Source: Candidatus Geocrenenecus huangii
Lineage (GTDB): Archaea; Thermoproteota; Nitrososphaeria_A; Caldarchaeales; Wolframiiraptoraceae
Length of the DNA stretch: 64,000 bases
Reading direction: 5' to 3'
NCBI GenBank assembly: GCA_023254095.1
Contig: JALNLM010000006.1
Span: 1 to 64,000, forward strand
Positions 20,135 through 29,905 of the stretch are shown piece by piece (positions within the stretch are counted from its first letter, which is position 1; every line of letters starts with the position of its first letter). Below the pieces are notes generated by a model. The model saw only the letters and a list, made by a program, of their open reading frames with translations. It was not told the DNA's origin and did not search any database. The translations under genes and the position numbers were made by a program.

Positions 20135-21133
20135 TTGAACCTATGGAGATACAATATTTATCAGCAACCATATTCCAGCATCATGTTAGATATGAAGTCT
20201 GTTGAAGTGTCCGCTCCTGCAACCATCGCCAACCTCGGGCCTGGATTTGACGTTGTTGGTCTAGCCATTGAAAATTACAGAGACGTAGTCCATATAGAGT
20301 TAACCGACGATAAAGTTATCTCCTTCGAGATAGTTAATAATACGAGCGTAGCTGTGGCCTCCAAGGCGGAAGAGAACTCCGCAGTAATCTCGGCATTAAA
20401 GGTAATGGAATACTCAGGTGTAAGAAAAGGATTTAAGATGAAGCTTGTGAAAAACGTTCCCGTAGGAATAGGTCTAGGAAGCTCGGGTGCATCTGCCGCC
20501 GCAGCAGCATTCGCCATGAATATCCTCCTTAGTGGAAAGCTTCCAATGGAGGTTCTCGTTAAGTCTGCTGGCGAGGGAGAGAAAGTCGCATGCGGTGCAC
20601 CACATCTTGATAATGTTGCTCCCTCGCTTTACGGCGGATTTACAATGATACTCGATGTTGAGAAGCCCGAGATATTCAATATCAAGCCATCTGTAGATTT
20701 CTCTATCGTGTTAGTCACGCCTAGAGTATCTCTACCGAGGAATAAGACGGAGTATGCGAGAAGCCTTCTTCCCAAAAAGGTTGAGCTGGAAACAATGGTC
20801 AAGCAGACGGCCAGCTTAACCCGGCTAATAGTTGGATTAATGAGTGGCAACCTAGAAATGGTTGGCAGAGCGATCAGTAGCGACTTCGTGGTGGAGCCTG
20901 CTAGAAGCATAATGATCCCAAGATTCTATGAAGTGAAAGAAGCTGCTTTGAAGTCTGGAGCACTTGGATTCACTATAAGTGGGGCAGGCCCGTCGGTGTT
21001 CGCATTAACATATCCCGAAGATGCGGAGAACATACTCTATGAAGTTTTAAGAAAATTCAATGAGAATGATATAGAAGCTAAGGGAATAGTAGCGAAACCT
21101 TCATGGATAGGTGCAAGGATTGAAGAACACTAG
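20135..21133 (+). CDS. thrB: Homoserine kinase (true start probably a few codons downstream)
   Basis: APATIANLGPGFD, PVGIGLGSSGASA, HLDNVAP, ISGAGPS. Confidence 0.96.
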   Translation: MNLWRYNIYQQPYSSIMLDMKSVEVSAPATIANLGPGFDVVGLAIENYRDVVHIELTDDKVISFEIVNNTSVAVASKAEENSAVISALKVMEYSGVRKGFKMKLVKNVPVGIGLGSSGASAAAAAFAMNILLSGKLPMEVLVKSAGEGEKVACGAPHLDNVAPSLYGGFTMILDVEKPEIFNIKPSVDFSIVLVTPRVSLPRNKTEYARSLLPKKVELETMVKQTASLTRLIVGLMSGNLEMVGRAISSDFVVEPARSIMIPRFYEVKEAALKSGALGFTISGAGPSVFALTYPEDAENILYEVLRKFNENDIEAKGIVAKPSWIGARIEEH

Positions 21134-21221
21134 AATAATGAAAACTAACCACAACACCTACAAATATTCAATCTTTCTATAGAGATAATTCTTAAGAAGA
21201 CGCTTCACATGATCGTCCATA

Positions 21222-21293
21222 GGGCCGGTAGATCAGTGGGAGATCGCCCGCCTCGCACGCGGGAGGACGCGGGTTCAAGTCCCGCCCGGTCCA
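21222..21293 (+). tRNA. tRNA-Ala(CGC), intronless
   Basis: GGGCCGG/CCGGTCC acceptor with G3:U70; CCCGC CT CGC AC GCGGG; GGTTCAAGTCC. Confidence 0.96.
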
Positions 21294-21493
21294 TCATCCC
21301 AAATACAGCTCTACTTGAGACAACCACAATCAAGGCTTCTACTGTTACGGTAACAGAAACCATAACGACGATTAAAACAGAAAGTCTAAAAGTTTCAAAA
21401 AGTGCTCCGGGTATCACAGAGACGGTTACAACTACGGTTGCACAAGGAGTAAGACTCAAAGTGTATAATCGCAACGGCAGCATACGATTCTAA
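21294..21493 (+). pseudogene. Start-less fragment of a Thr-rich surface-protein gene abutting the tRNA-Ala 3' end
   Basis: ETTTIKASTVTVTETITTIKTE...TETVTTTVAQ; the only in-frame ATG lies upstream of the tRNA. Confidence 0.5.
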
Positions 21494-22051
21494 AATTGCT
21501 CCTCAAGTTTAAGTCTTAAGAGAGTTTAGGGATGACTATTTTATTAAGACATTTGCGGGCTCGAACTTCATGAAAGTATTTAATGTCTTCTACTATCTTT
21601 GGAGCCTATATATCGCTGAAGCTTAATAGGACGACCCTACCCTAGGAAGTACTACTAAACTCATGATATATCTGTTAATCTCACTGTCGGAGTTCTCTAA
21701 GAATGCTTCTACGATTTTCTCAATAGTCCTTCTCAATCTTCCAAGAGGTTAGCTGTTATAATTTCAGGCTTAGTAGCTAGCATTCTGATAAGCTTAATCT
21801 ACTTAACTCCTATAGCTTTGATCATATACTCGATCTTAAAGCTGAAAAAGATAAGTGCTGATTTCATCATTTTCTATGCTGCTGATGATAAGAATATTAT
21901 CCGCGATAGGGAAAATCGTCTTAAACATTCATAAAGCTCAATAAGTAAACAAGTTCTCTAACCTAGGCTATTTCAATTTATATAGATGTAGATAAGTAGC
22001 ATCAACTACGTCATTTATAACACATATTAATCTTTCTTATCTTATCGGTGA

Positions 22052-22861
22052 ATGTTTATATGGATGGATAAACCATCCATAGCTGAAATGATAAGTGTAG
22101 AGAAGCTATCTTTTAGCTACGGCGATTTACAAGTTCTCGAGAATATTTCATTCGACCTATATTACGGTGAATTCGTTGGTGTAATAGGACCTAATGGATC
22201 AGGCAAGACGACCTTACTGAAATGTCTCTGCAGACTTCTTAAACCCTTTGGTGCAGTATACATAGACGGTGAAGAAATCTCCAGAATAGACTTCAACAAA
22301 TTATCTAGAAAAATCTCCTACACATCATCAGAGTTGGACTCATCAATAGATGGGTTAACAGTATTCGAGCTTGTTTCGAGTGGTAGGACCCCATACATGA
22401 AGGGTATCTGGTGGGAGAGCGGAGAAGACGAGAGGATCATATTCGACTCGATAAGGATAATAGGTCTAGAAGATAAAGTAAACAGGAGAATAGGAGAACT
22501 AAGTAGTGGAGAGAAGCAGAGAGCCAAAATCGCTAGGTTGCTTAGTCAAACACCTGAAATATTTCTGGTAGATGAGCCTACGGTTCACTTAGACTTAAAA
22601 CATCAAATAGAGATAATGAATATTCTCAAAAGCTTAAAGTTGAAGAAGAAGATCGTGGTCGCCGTATTCCATGATCTAAATCTGGCATCTCTTTACGCTG
22701 ACAGAATAATCGTGTTAAAGAAGGGTCAGATATCTGCGATAGGTAGGCCAGCAGACGTTCTTAATGAAGACATTCTTAGAGATGTATACGGGGTAGACGT
22801 CAAAATACTTCATACAGGCTTATATGGGACTCCGATAATAGTGCCTATGCCGAGTATATGA
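22052..22861 (+). CDS. Iron/cobalamin ABC transporter ATP-binding protein (FepC/BtuD-like)
   Basis: GPNGSGKT, LSSGEKQR, LVDEPTVHLD, HDLNLA. Confidence 0.93.
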   Translation: MFIWMDKPSIAEMISVEKLSFSYGDLQVLENISFDLYYGEFVGVIGPNGSGKTTLLKCLCRLLKPFGAVYIDGEEISRIDFNKLSRKISYTSSELDSSIDGLTVFELVSSGRTPYMKGIWWESGEDERIIFDSIRIIGLEDKVNRRIGELSSGEKQRAKIARLLSQTPEIFLVDEPTVHLDLKHQIEIMNILKSLKLKKKIVVAVFHDLNLASLYADRIIVLKKGQISAIGRPADVLNEDILRDVYGVDVKILHTGLYGTPIIVPMPSI

Positions 22862-22882
22862 GAAAAACGGTGAATCAATCTG

Positions 22883-24238
22883 TCAGTTTTCTTCTATATT
22901 CTCAACATCTAGGACAGATAACTGGATCATAATAGGCTTATTCCCGAGCAGCTCCATTACGTTTGGTCTGGTTCTACCGTTATCACCATCTATTAATTCT
23001 TTTACGTACAATCCTCCCTGAGCTTTTATCCTGAACTTGACGATCTTCGGACCTATCTTCTCAGCTTCAACGTAGTATAATTTCTTTCTTCTAAGTTTGT
23101 CCGCCCTTCTCTTCAGGACACGTGTGGGCGTCCACTGCTCGACAACTATGTTATTCATATCGGTTGTAATCTTTCTTAGGTTTTCCTCATCTACCTCATT
23201 CTCGAATTCTACTGTTGCTTCATAAGTCTTAGAGACTAAAGGAGAAGAAGTCTTCAATATTCTTAGTTCCCTCCTACTCGAGTATCTTAAATCTTGGACC
23301 TCGATCTTGCCGGCAGCTTCTCTATTAATTTTTTCCTCGAGAATCTTCAATTCTAGGAACCTCTTACGTGGATGCTTCAATTCTAGAACGAACGGTCTTC
23401 CAGACCCGAGGACTACTGCATCTACATCTTCTCTACCTGCCCCATGAAACTTAAAGTCTACCGCCTCAAAATATTCCACGGCTGGTCCGCCAATCAATTC
23501 ACTTATAGATTCAGGGTATTCTCTACCACTGTAATTACATTTAATGCATCCTCTACCCCAACATTCTCTACAAAGCCATGGAGTTTGAGGTATGTCTTTA
23601 CGTAGTTTCCTATATCTTCCGTATATGAATAGTGGGTTAACTTGTATTTCGAATACTTCTGAAAATATATCAACCAGTATGACTATCTCCGGGGTCTTAT
23701 ACTCGATGTCTCTACCTAGTTCTTTCTGGATAAGTAGACCAATCTCTCTAGTAATATCTTCTTTAATGTCTTCGCCGGTCGTAATCATGTACTCTGAATA
23801 GATTGCATCTTCCCTCTCTCTAACCTCTACAGGGACTTTCGCACCGACTAGGAAATCTCTAAATTCATATTCTTTTAATTGCTCAGCTATCTTGGAAGAA
23901 ATCTCTATGAATCTCTTAGGATTGAGTGCGTCTCCGCATATATAGCAGGGTTTCGATTCAGGCTTGTTGTAGCCCATTTTTTCCAGAAACTTACTCGCTG
24001 GATTATAACCACATGTGGATAGCATTCTTAGTCTTCTTACTCCTTCTTCAAGGTTATCTCTCGCTAGTCTGTGTGCCTCCATGAAGAGCATAGTCTTTAA
24101 TGTTCTGCCTCTCTCCTTATTACTAATACCGTATCCTATTGAGGCGAAATGCCTGCCTAAACAGTAGTCGCAGAGAGGATACTTCGATAAGATCTTCAAA
24201 GCTAGATCTACAATCTCTGAAGACCCCAAGAAAGCCAT
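22883..24238 (-). CDS. pus10: tRNA pseudouridine(54/55) synthase Pus10
   Basis: LCDYCLGR, GRYRK...PQTPW, HGAGREDVD, GRPFVLE, GGLYVKELI, GRTRP. Confidence 0.97.
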   Translation of the reverse strand: MAFLGSSEIVDLALKILSKYPLCDYCLGRHFASIGYGISNKERGRTLKTMLFMEAHRLARDNLEEGVRRLRMLSTCGYNPASKFLEKMGYNKPESKPCYICGDALNPKRFIEISSKIAEQLKEYEFRDFLVGAKVPVEVREREDAIYSEYMITTGEDIKEDITREIGLLIQKELGRDIEYKTPEIVILVDIFSEVFEIQVNPLFIYGRYRKLRKDIPQTPWLCRECWGRGCIKCNYSGREYPESISELIGGPAVEYFEAVDFKFHGAGREDVDAVVLGSGRPFVLELKHPRKRFLELKILEEKINREAAGKIEVQDLRYSSRRELRILKTSSPLVSKTYEATVEFENEVDEENLRKITTDMNNIVVEQWTPTRVLKRRADKLRRKKLYYVEAEKIGPKIVKFRIKAQGGLYVKELIDGDNGRTRPNVMELLGNKPIMIQLSVLDVENIEEN

Positions 24239-24252
24239 CTCTAATCTTCTCC

Positions 24253-25590
24253 TTACTGCATTGTTTTTAGAAACTTTTTCGGAAGCCTCTTAGCAGTCTT
24301 CATAAACTTCTTCGCAATTCTGTACTGCTTTATTAGGTTCTTAACATCTTTCTCTAAGACCCCTGCTCCTCTAGCAATCCTCTTAATTCTTGACGAATTA
24401 ATTATGTGTGGGTCCATCCTTTCCTCGGGAGTCATAGAACAGATTATCGCATCCCATTTCTCTATTTGTTTTTCAGCACTCTTAAGGGTCTCGTCTGGAA
24501 TATTCTGAACCCCTGGTAGAGGGAGCTTAGATATGAGTTTGGAGAGTGGGCCGGCTTTTCTCAGGTCCTTCAATTGTTTAACAAATTGCTCTAGCGTGAA
24601 CTCTCCACGCATGAATGCTTCTGCTCTCTTCTCATCCATTTCGAGTTCAGCTAGCCTGAACTTCTCTAAGAGCCCCTCAATGTCTCCTAAACCTAGTAGT
24701 CTGCCAACGTAGCCGGTCGGGCTGAATAACTCGATGTCATCTATCTTTTCCCCAGTCCCTATGAATTTTATCTTTGCATTTGTAACAGCGATCGCTGAGA
24801 GTGCTCCTCCACCTTTTGCGCTTGTATCCATTTTCGTCAAGAATATGGACCCTATCGGTGCTGCTTCATGGAATGCCTTTGCATGTAACCCTGCCTGCTG
24901 GCCTATACCAGCATCTATAACTAACATGACTTCATCTGGGTTGATCTCTTTCTGCAGAGTTCTCACTTCTTCCATCAAGGTATCTTGGCTCTTGTGCCTC
25001 CCAGCAGTGTCTATCAACACCACTTTCACTCCATCTGATGTAAGCTTCACGATCCCTTCCTTTACAATCTTAACGGGGTCTTCCTCGTTATCGCTTCTAT
25101 ACACTGGTATCTTTGTATCTCTTAGTAGCTGTTCCAGCTGGTCGCATGCTCCAGGTCTATAGGTGTCTGCGCATATTACTCCAACATTATACCCGCTCTT
25201 CTTAAGATAATATGCTAGCTTGGCTACACTAGTTGTCTTCCCGAAGCCTTGTATTCCCACCATCATTATTATGTATCTACGGTCTTTAGGAATGTTGAGC
25301 TTAGCGGTCTCTTCGCCTAGCAGGTTAACCAGTTCTTCATAGACAATCTTGATTACCTGATCTTTACGTGAGATCCCTGGGGGGAGCTTTTCTTCTACTG
25401 CCCTCTTCTTAACATTCTCGGATATCTTCTGTACGATTTCTACGTTAACGTCTCCGATTAGTAGAGATCGTTGAATACCTCTTACGAGCTCATTTATAGC
25501 GCCTTCATCAACAGTAGTAGATGAGATGAACTTGCTGATAGCTTTCTTTAACATCTCGCTTAGCGACGTCATCCCTATCAAACTCTGCAA
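24253..25590 (-). CDS. srp54: Signal recognition particle protein SRP54
   Basis: GKTT, DTYRPGA, DTAGRH, TKMDTSAKGGGALS, M domain SRIKRIARGAG. Confidence 0.97.
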   Translation of the reverse strand: MQSLIGMTSLSEMLKKAISKFISSTTVDEGAINELVRGIQRSLLIGDVNVEIVQKISENVKKRAVEEKLPPGISRKDQVIKIVYEELVNLLGEETAKLNIPKDRRYIIMMVGIQGFGKTTSVAKLAYYLKKSGYNVGVICADTYRPGACDQLEQLLRDTKIPVYRSDNEEDPVKIVKEGIVKLTSDGVKVVLIDTAGRHKSQDTLMEEVRTLQKEINPDEVMLVIDAGIGQQAGLHAKAFHEAAPIGSIFLTKMDTSAKGGGALSAIAVTNAKIKFIGTGEKIDDIELFSPTGYVGRLLGLGDIEGLLEKFRLAELEMDEKRAEAFMRGEFTLEQFVKQLKDLRKAGPLSKLISKLPLPGVQNIPDETLKSAEKQIEKWDAIICSMTPEERMDPHIINSSRIKRIARGAGVLEKDVKNLIKQYRIAKKFMKTAKRLPKKFLKTMQ

Positions 25591-25671
25591 GGTAAGTATT
25601 AAGATTTGACTAGATGACCGAAATCAGAGCTTTCCTATCAAGATAGAGTTTTATTTTGGCGTCTAAAGTAT

Positions 25672-26601
25672 ATGCTAGCATCTATGAAGGTCCTGGTCAC
25701 CGGCTCAGAAGGGTTTGTCGGTAAGAACTTGGCAAAATACTTAAAGAATAAAGGGTTTGAGGTCATTGGGCTGGATGTCTCTAGTGGAGAACTAAATGTA
25801 GATGTGACAGATTTTAACGGTCTCTATGAAGCTTTATCCAAGATAGATTTTGATGCGGTAATTCATCTAGCCGCGGTCGCTAACATACCTGAAAGTATCA
25901 GAGACCCGTATAAATGTTTCAGAACCAATGTTTACGGAACATTGAATGTACTTGAGGTGGCCTCTAGAATGAATGTTCGAAGATTCATATACGCTTCTTC
26001 TGCCAACGTTTATGGATTACCACTAAAACTTCCAGTAGATGAAGATACGCCATTCAATCCTAGAACCCCGTACGATTATTCTAAAGTAGCTGCTGAAACA
26101 CTCGTTCAAAGCTACTGGAGGAGTAAGAAGCTGCCGACAGTGATCTTCAGGAGCTGGAAGTTGTTCGGAGAATACGATGTTCCTACAACGGCTATTCCAA
26201 GCTTCATTAGAGCATGTTTAAGAAATGAGCCCATTAAGCTCTACAATGATGGAAGAGATACAACCGACCCAACATATGTTGAGAATTATTGCCTCGCAGT
26301 AGAGCTAGCTTTAACTAGAGAAGAAGCGGTTGGCGAAGTATTCAATATAGGTACTGGAAACGAGGTCTCGATAAGGCAATTGGCTGAATTAATAAGAAAA
26401 TTAACGAACTCCGATAATGAAATATTACTACTACCCCCTAGAACAGAAGCAGAGAAAGAACCTATGAGGAGCTATCCATCAATAGAGAAGATAAAGAAAA
26501 CTTTAGGATATACTCCGAAGATCCCGCTTGAAGAGGGATTGAAAAAGACAATACAATATTATAGAGAACAACTAGTTAAGGATAAACAATCAAATAGCTA
26601 A
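25672..26601 (+). CDS. NAD-dependent epimerase/dehydratase (extended SDR)
   Basis: TGSEGFVG, HLAA, YASSANVYG, YDYSK, FNIGTG. Confidence 0.92.
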   Translation: MLASMKVLVTGSEGFVGKNLAKYLKNKGFEVIGLDVSSGELNVDVTDFNGLYEALSKIDFDAVIHLAAVANIPESIRDPYKCFRTNVYGTLNVLEVASRMNVRRFIYASSANVYGLPLKLPVDEDTPFNPRTPYDYSKVAAETLVQSYWRSKKLPTVIFRSWKLFGEYDVPTTAIPSFIRACLRNEPIKLYNDGRDTTDPTYVENYCLAVELALTREEAVGEVFNIGTGNEVSIRQLAELIRKLTNSDNEILLLPPRTEAEKEPMRSYPSIEKIKKTLGYTPKIPLEEGLKKTIQYYREQLVKDKQSNS

Positions 26602-26629
26602 ATATAGCTCGTTAAACAATTATTATCGT

Positions 26630-26715
26630 GGGCCGGTAGATCAGTGGGAGATCGCCCGCCTGGCGAAGAGTATCTAGAATGCGGGAGGTCGCGGGTTCAA
26701 ATCCCGCCCGGTCCA
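26630..26715 (+). tRNA. tRNA-Ala(GGC) with ~14-nt anticodon-loop intron
   Basis: Body nearly identical to tRNA-Ala(CGC); CCCGC CT GGC G [AAGAGTATCTAGAA] T GCGGG. Confidence 0.93.
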
Positions 26716-26986
26716 CTCAAATATCTCCCATACATAGCTGGTTCCAAGTCCGTCTCCTGTTAATAGCGATTAATTATAGACTTCATGTCCTAAATCCTAT
26801 CCTATTAATTTATGCAGGTTTATAGAAAAAGTGGGAAGAGCTGAGTTTAGTCCCTTGGCTTGAATCTCAGAATTTAGAGATAAGTATGTGGAGGGTGACG
26901 AGAGTTTAGTGTGATGTCTTCAAAAGTATTAGAAAGGTTGTGCTTCCAGCCGGTTTATCAGACTATGGACTTCATTTCACCGTATC

Positions 26987-28204
26987 TCATCTATTCGATG
27001 AGAGCGGGTGAAGTGATTCACTGTATATTCTTTCTATATCCTTCTCGGTTACGTTTATCGGTGCAGCTTCTAACCCATTACGTAAGCCGGGTGTTTCTTT
27101 AACTAGCCTGACTAGATCAGGTATATCAGATTCATCGAATCCGTAATCTGAGAGTTTTATCCTCAGTCCTATACTGTAGAGCCATTCCTCTATTCTTGAT
27201 GCGGCAACTTTTGCTTCGCCAGGTCTTCCAGATAGTTCAGGCACTATGGGCTTCAATATCTCTGTTAAAGTCTCCGGGACTGCAGGATATATCGTCTTGA
27301 CCATTGCGGGAAGCAGGATTCCTAGCCCCATTCCATGGGGTATTTCGGTTTTAACAGCGCTTAGAGGATGTTCCAGACTATGAGTTATATGTGTTCCAAC
27401 ATGATCTATCGCTATGCCAGCTATCATCGAAGCATATAGGAGATAGTATCTAGCTACTAGGTTTTCAGGGGTAACTGTGGCCACAGGCAGGTATCGTGCG
27501 ATCAAGCGCGCTGCTTCTACCGCTAGTTCTATCGAGAACGGTGTAGTATTTCTATTAGTAGCGGATTCTACAACATGGTTCAAGGCATCCACAGCTGTTG
27601 CTATAGTCTGCCAACTATCCAATCTAACGAGCAGCTGAGGATCATCGATAGAGTATTCAGGATATGTTAGAGACATACCGATCTTGTATTTTGTCTCAGG
27701 TATTGTCTCCACCCCATACCTATCAATCTCTGTTCCTGTTCCATGTGTAGTATTTATACAGATTATTGGTAGAGATGTAGGAGGCTGTTCTCTCTTCTTG
27801 AAGAGTTCTCTAGCGGTCTTCTCCAATTTCAGCAAGACCGCAACTGCTTTAGCTGTATCTATGGGACTCCCACCCCCGATTCCCAGGACTGCCTGCGCCT
27901 TAAACTCTCTCCCAGCTTTTACTGCTTCATCAACCATATCTACCGTTGGGTTGGCGGAGACTTTATCATACAGAGCGTACTCAATCTCATGTTCTTCTAA
28001 GGCTGGCTTAACATGATCCCATGCGCCGCAGATCTTGTATGATGATTTTCCTGTAACTATTAGTAGCCTAGATATACCCTTATTCCTTAGTTCTGCGCAT
28101 ATATCTCTTATCTTGTTAATTGCTCCAGCACCAAAGTAAAGATTTACTCCACCGTACTTTAATTTGAAGACATTAGTAATGCTTATCTTATTCTCCCAAA
28201 TCAT
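26987..28204 (-). CDS. Iron-containing alcohol dehydrogenase
   Basis: GGGSPID, TTHGTGTE, DALNH, HSLEH, PHG. Confidence 0.93.
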   Translation of the reverse strand: MIWENKISITNVFKLKYGGVNLYFGAGAINKIRDICAELRNKGISRLLIVTGKSSYKICGAWDHVKPALEEHEIEYALYDKVSANPTVDMVDEAVKAGREFKAQAVLGIGGGSPIDTAKAVAVLLKLEKTARELFKKREQPPTSLPIICINTTHGTGTEIDRYGVETIPETKYKIGMSLTYPEYSIDDPQLLVRLDSWQTIATAVDALNHVVESATNRNTTPFSIELAVEAARLIARYLPVATVTPENLVARYYLLYASMIAGIAIDHVGTHITHSLEHPLSAVKTEIPHGMGLGILLPAMVKTIYPAVPETLTEILKPIVPELSGRPGEAKVAASRIEEWLYSIGLRIKLSDYGFDESDIPDLVRLVKETPGLRNGLEAAPINVTEKDIERIYSESLHPLSSNR

Positions 28205-28308
28205 GTTTATTATTTTTTACAACCACTATATAACTTGCTATATCCTACAAGGTTCAGATACTTCAGATATAGGCTTTTCAAAACATGTCCGTGGTTTCAC
28301 TATATTGC

Positions 28309-29781
28309 TTACTGCCCAATATTTACTTCTTCCCCCTCATACATTATTTCTACTTTAATATCTTCTTTTTCGAGTAGCCTCTTGAATTCTCTCGGGTTCT
28401 CAGTATGGATGGGGATGACTATTTTCGGCCCTATTTCTTTGACTAATTTTAGCAGGTCTTCTCTATTGGCGTGGCCTGAAGCATGTATCCTTCTAGTATC
28501 GAGCCTAAGGAGGTTTATCCATCTCTCAACTTTTTCCCACTCTATTTCTTGTTCTTCATCATGGGGCTCACTTGTCGATTCAATGAATAGTGATCCAGGA
28601 ATCGGCTGTATCTCCGCTAGCTCAAATAGACATTGATGACTATTGAAGATAAGAAAGAATTCATCTTGATCTTTAGATATTTCCTCGGACTTGATAAGCT
28701 TGTCAGTTCCAGACAAAGATTCATAGATCTTCTTTACCCAGCCTCTGTAATGAGGGGATCCGAGAAAGTAGCCTTCATCGATTATGGACCTTTTCTCAAA
28801 ATATATCTTCGCATTTTCTAGTTTCGGAAGCTTAACTTTGCTTTCTACTTCATGCAGCGTCTTTATTAAATGATAGATCCTAGGTGAGAGAACTGGTATC
28901 CTATCGCATTCTTCTGCAGCTTCGATTAATGTTCTGATTCTATCTATATCTAATGATGAAACCAGCACGGTGATAAGTTTTTCCTTCTTCTTCAAGGTTT
29001 CTGATACAACTTCTTTCTTAACATCGTCTTCAGACTTGGTTGTTGAATCATTTATTCTAGTTCCTTCGACTAAGAGAACGTCTATGCCCTTCACATTTTC
29101 CACGAAGTCCTGCGTGTATGTACTAACGATACCGTGAAACCTGATATCACTCGTGTAAGCTATTGAGGCTTTACTTGTCTCTATTCTGAAGCCGAAGGTA
29201 GCTGGAATTGAGTGGTCAACCGGGATCGGCAAGATTTCAATAGGTGCTCCACGGATCTTTTTGTCTTCCTCAAAAATTATCAATGGACGTTCTACTTCCT
29301 CTACTTCCTCTTTCCCGGTTTTCTTTCTTAACTCTTCCTTCTTCCTATCCTTGTAGATGAAAATCTCTCTATCGATACCGGATCTCCCAGATGTTTCAAT
29401 TGCATGTTCAATCAATGCTTTCATACTCTTACTTACTGCTATAGGTGTCTCCATCTTTAGAAACGTTACTGCACCGTAATGGTCTAAATGCCCATGGGAG
29501 ACTATACAACAATCTATTGAAAAAGCTCTTTCGCTACTGATAAGCCCCTCATCCAACATCAAGTCTTCCCTGTATATCCCGTTAATCTTCGGAAGTATAC
29601 CTACGAGTAAATAATTCTTCAATATCCTGTTCGTCCTCTCGAACCCGTAACCTATTTCGTATTCTCTCCTCTTCTTAAGACTGAGACCAAAATCTAAGAG
29701 TATAGCCCATTCCTTTTCATGTAAGAGTATTTTGTTCCCTCCAATCTCTCCAGCTCCACCTAGTAAACAAATACTAACCAA
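28309..29781 (-). CDS. Metallo-beta-lactamase/beta-CASP hydrolase (RNase J-like)
   Basis: GGAGEIGGN, DFG, SHGHLDH, VDHSIP, YTSDIRFHG, EGT, HASGH. Confidence 0.88.
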   Translation of the reverse strand: MVSICLLGGAGEIGGNKILLHEKEWAILLDFGLSLKKRREYEIGYGFERTNRILKNYLLVGILPKINGIYREDLMLDEGLISSERAFSIDCCIVSHGHLDHYGAVTFLKMETPIAVSKSMKALIEHAIETSGRSGIDREIFIYKDRKKEELRKKTGKEEVEEVERPLIIFEEDKKIRGAPIEILPIPVDHSIPATFGFRIETSKASIAYTSDIRFHGIVSTYTQDFVENVKGIDVLLVEGTRINDSTTKSEDDVKKEVVSETLKKKEKLITVLVSSLDIDRIRTLIEAAEECDRIPVLSPRIYHLIKTLHEVESKVKLPKLENAKIYFEKRSIIDEGYFLGSPHYRGWVKKIYESLSGTDKLIKSEEISKDQDEFFLIFNSHQCLFELAEIQPIPGSLFIESTSEPHDEEQEIEWEKVERWINLLRLDTRRIHASGHANREDLLKLVKEIGPKIVIPIHTENPREFKRLLEKEDIKVEIMYEGEEVNIGQ

Positions 29782-29905
29782 TCCTAATAGAGTATTGTTT
29801 GAAGCATATTTAAAGATAGAATATAAAATCTTCGAACTACTTGACTAGTATGCGAAGCATATTCCTTAAGGATATATCCTAGATAATCTATATACTCTAT
29901 CAGAG

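Noticed and set aside
21205-21493. ORF-track entries 21209..21493 (+) and 21205..21483 (-)
   Set aside because: They run through tRNA-Ala; only the Thr-rich tail is kept, as a possible remnant
21222-26715. Two near-identical tRNA-Ala sequences in direct orientation 5.4 kb apart, resembling attL/attR
   Set aside because: Both are complete genes with different anticodons (CGC; GGC with intron), the enclosed genes include core pus10 and srp54, and there is no integrase
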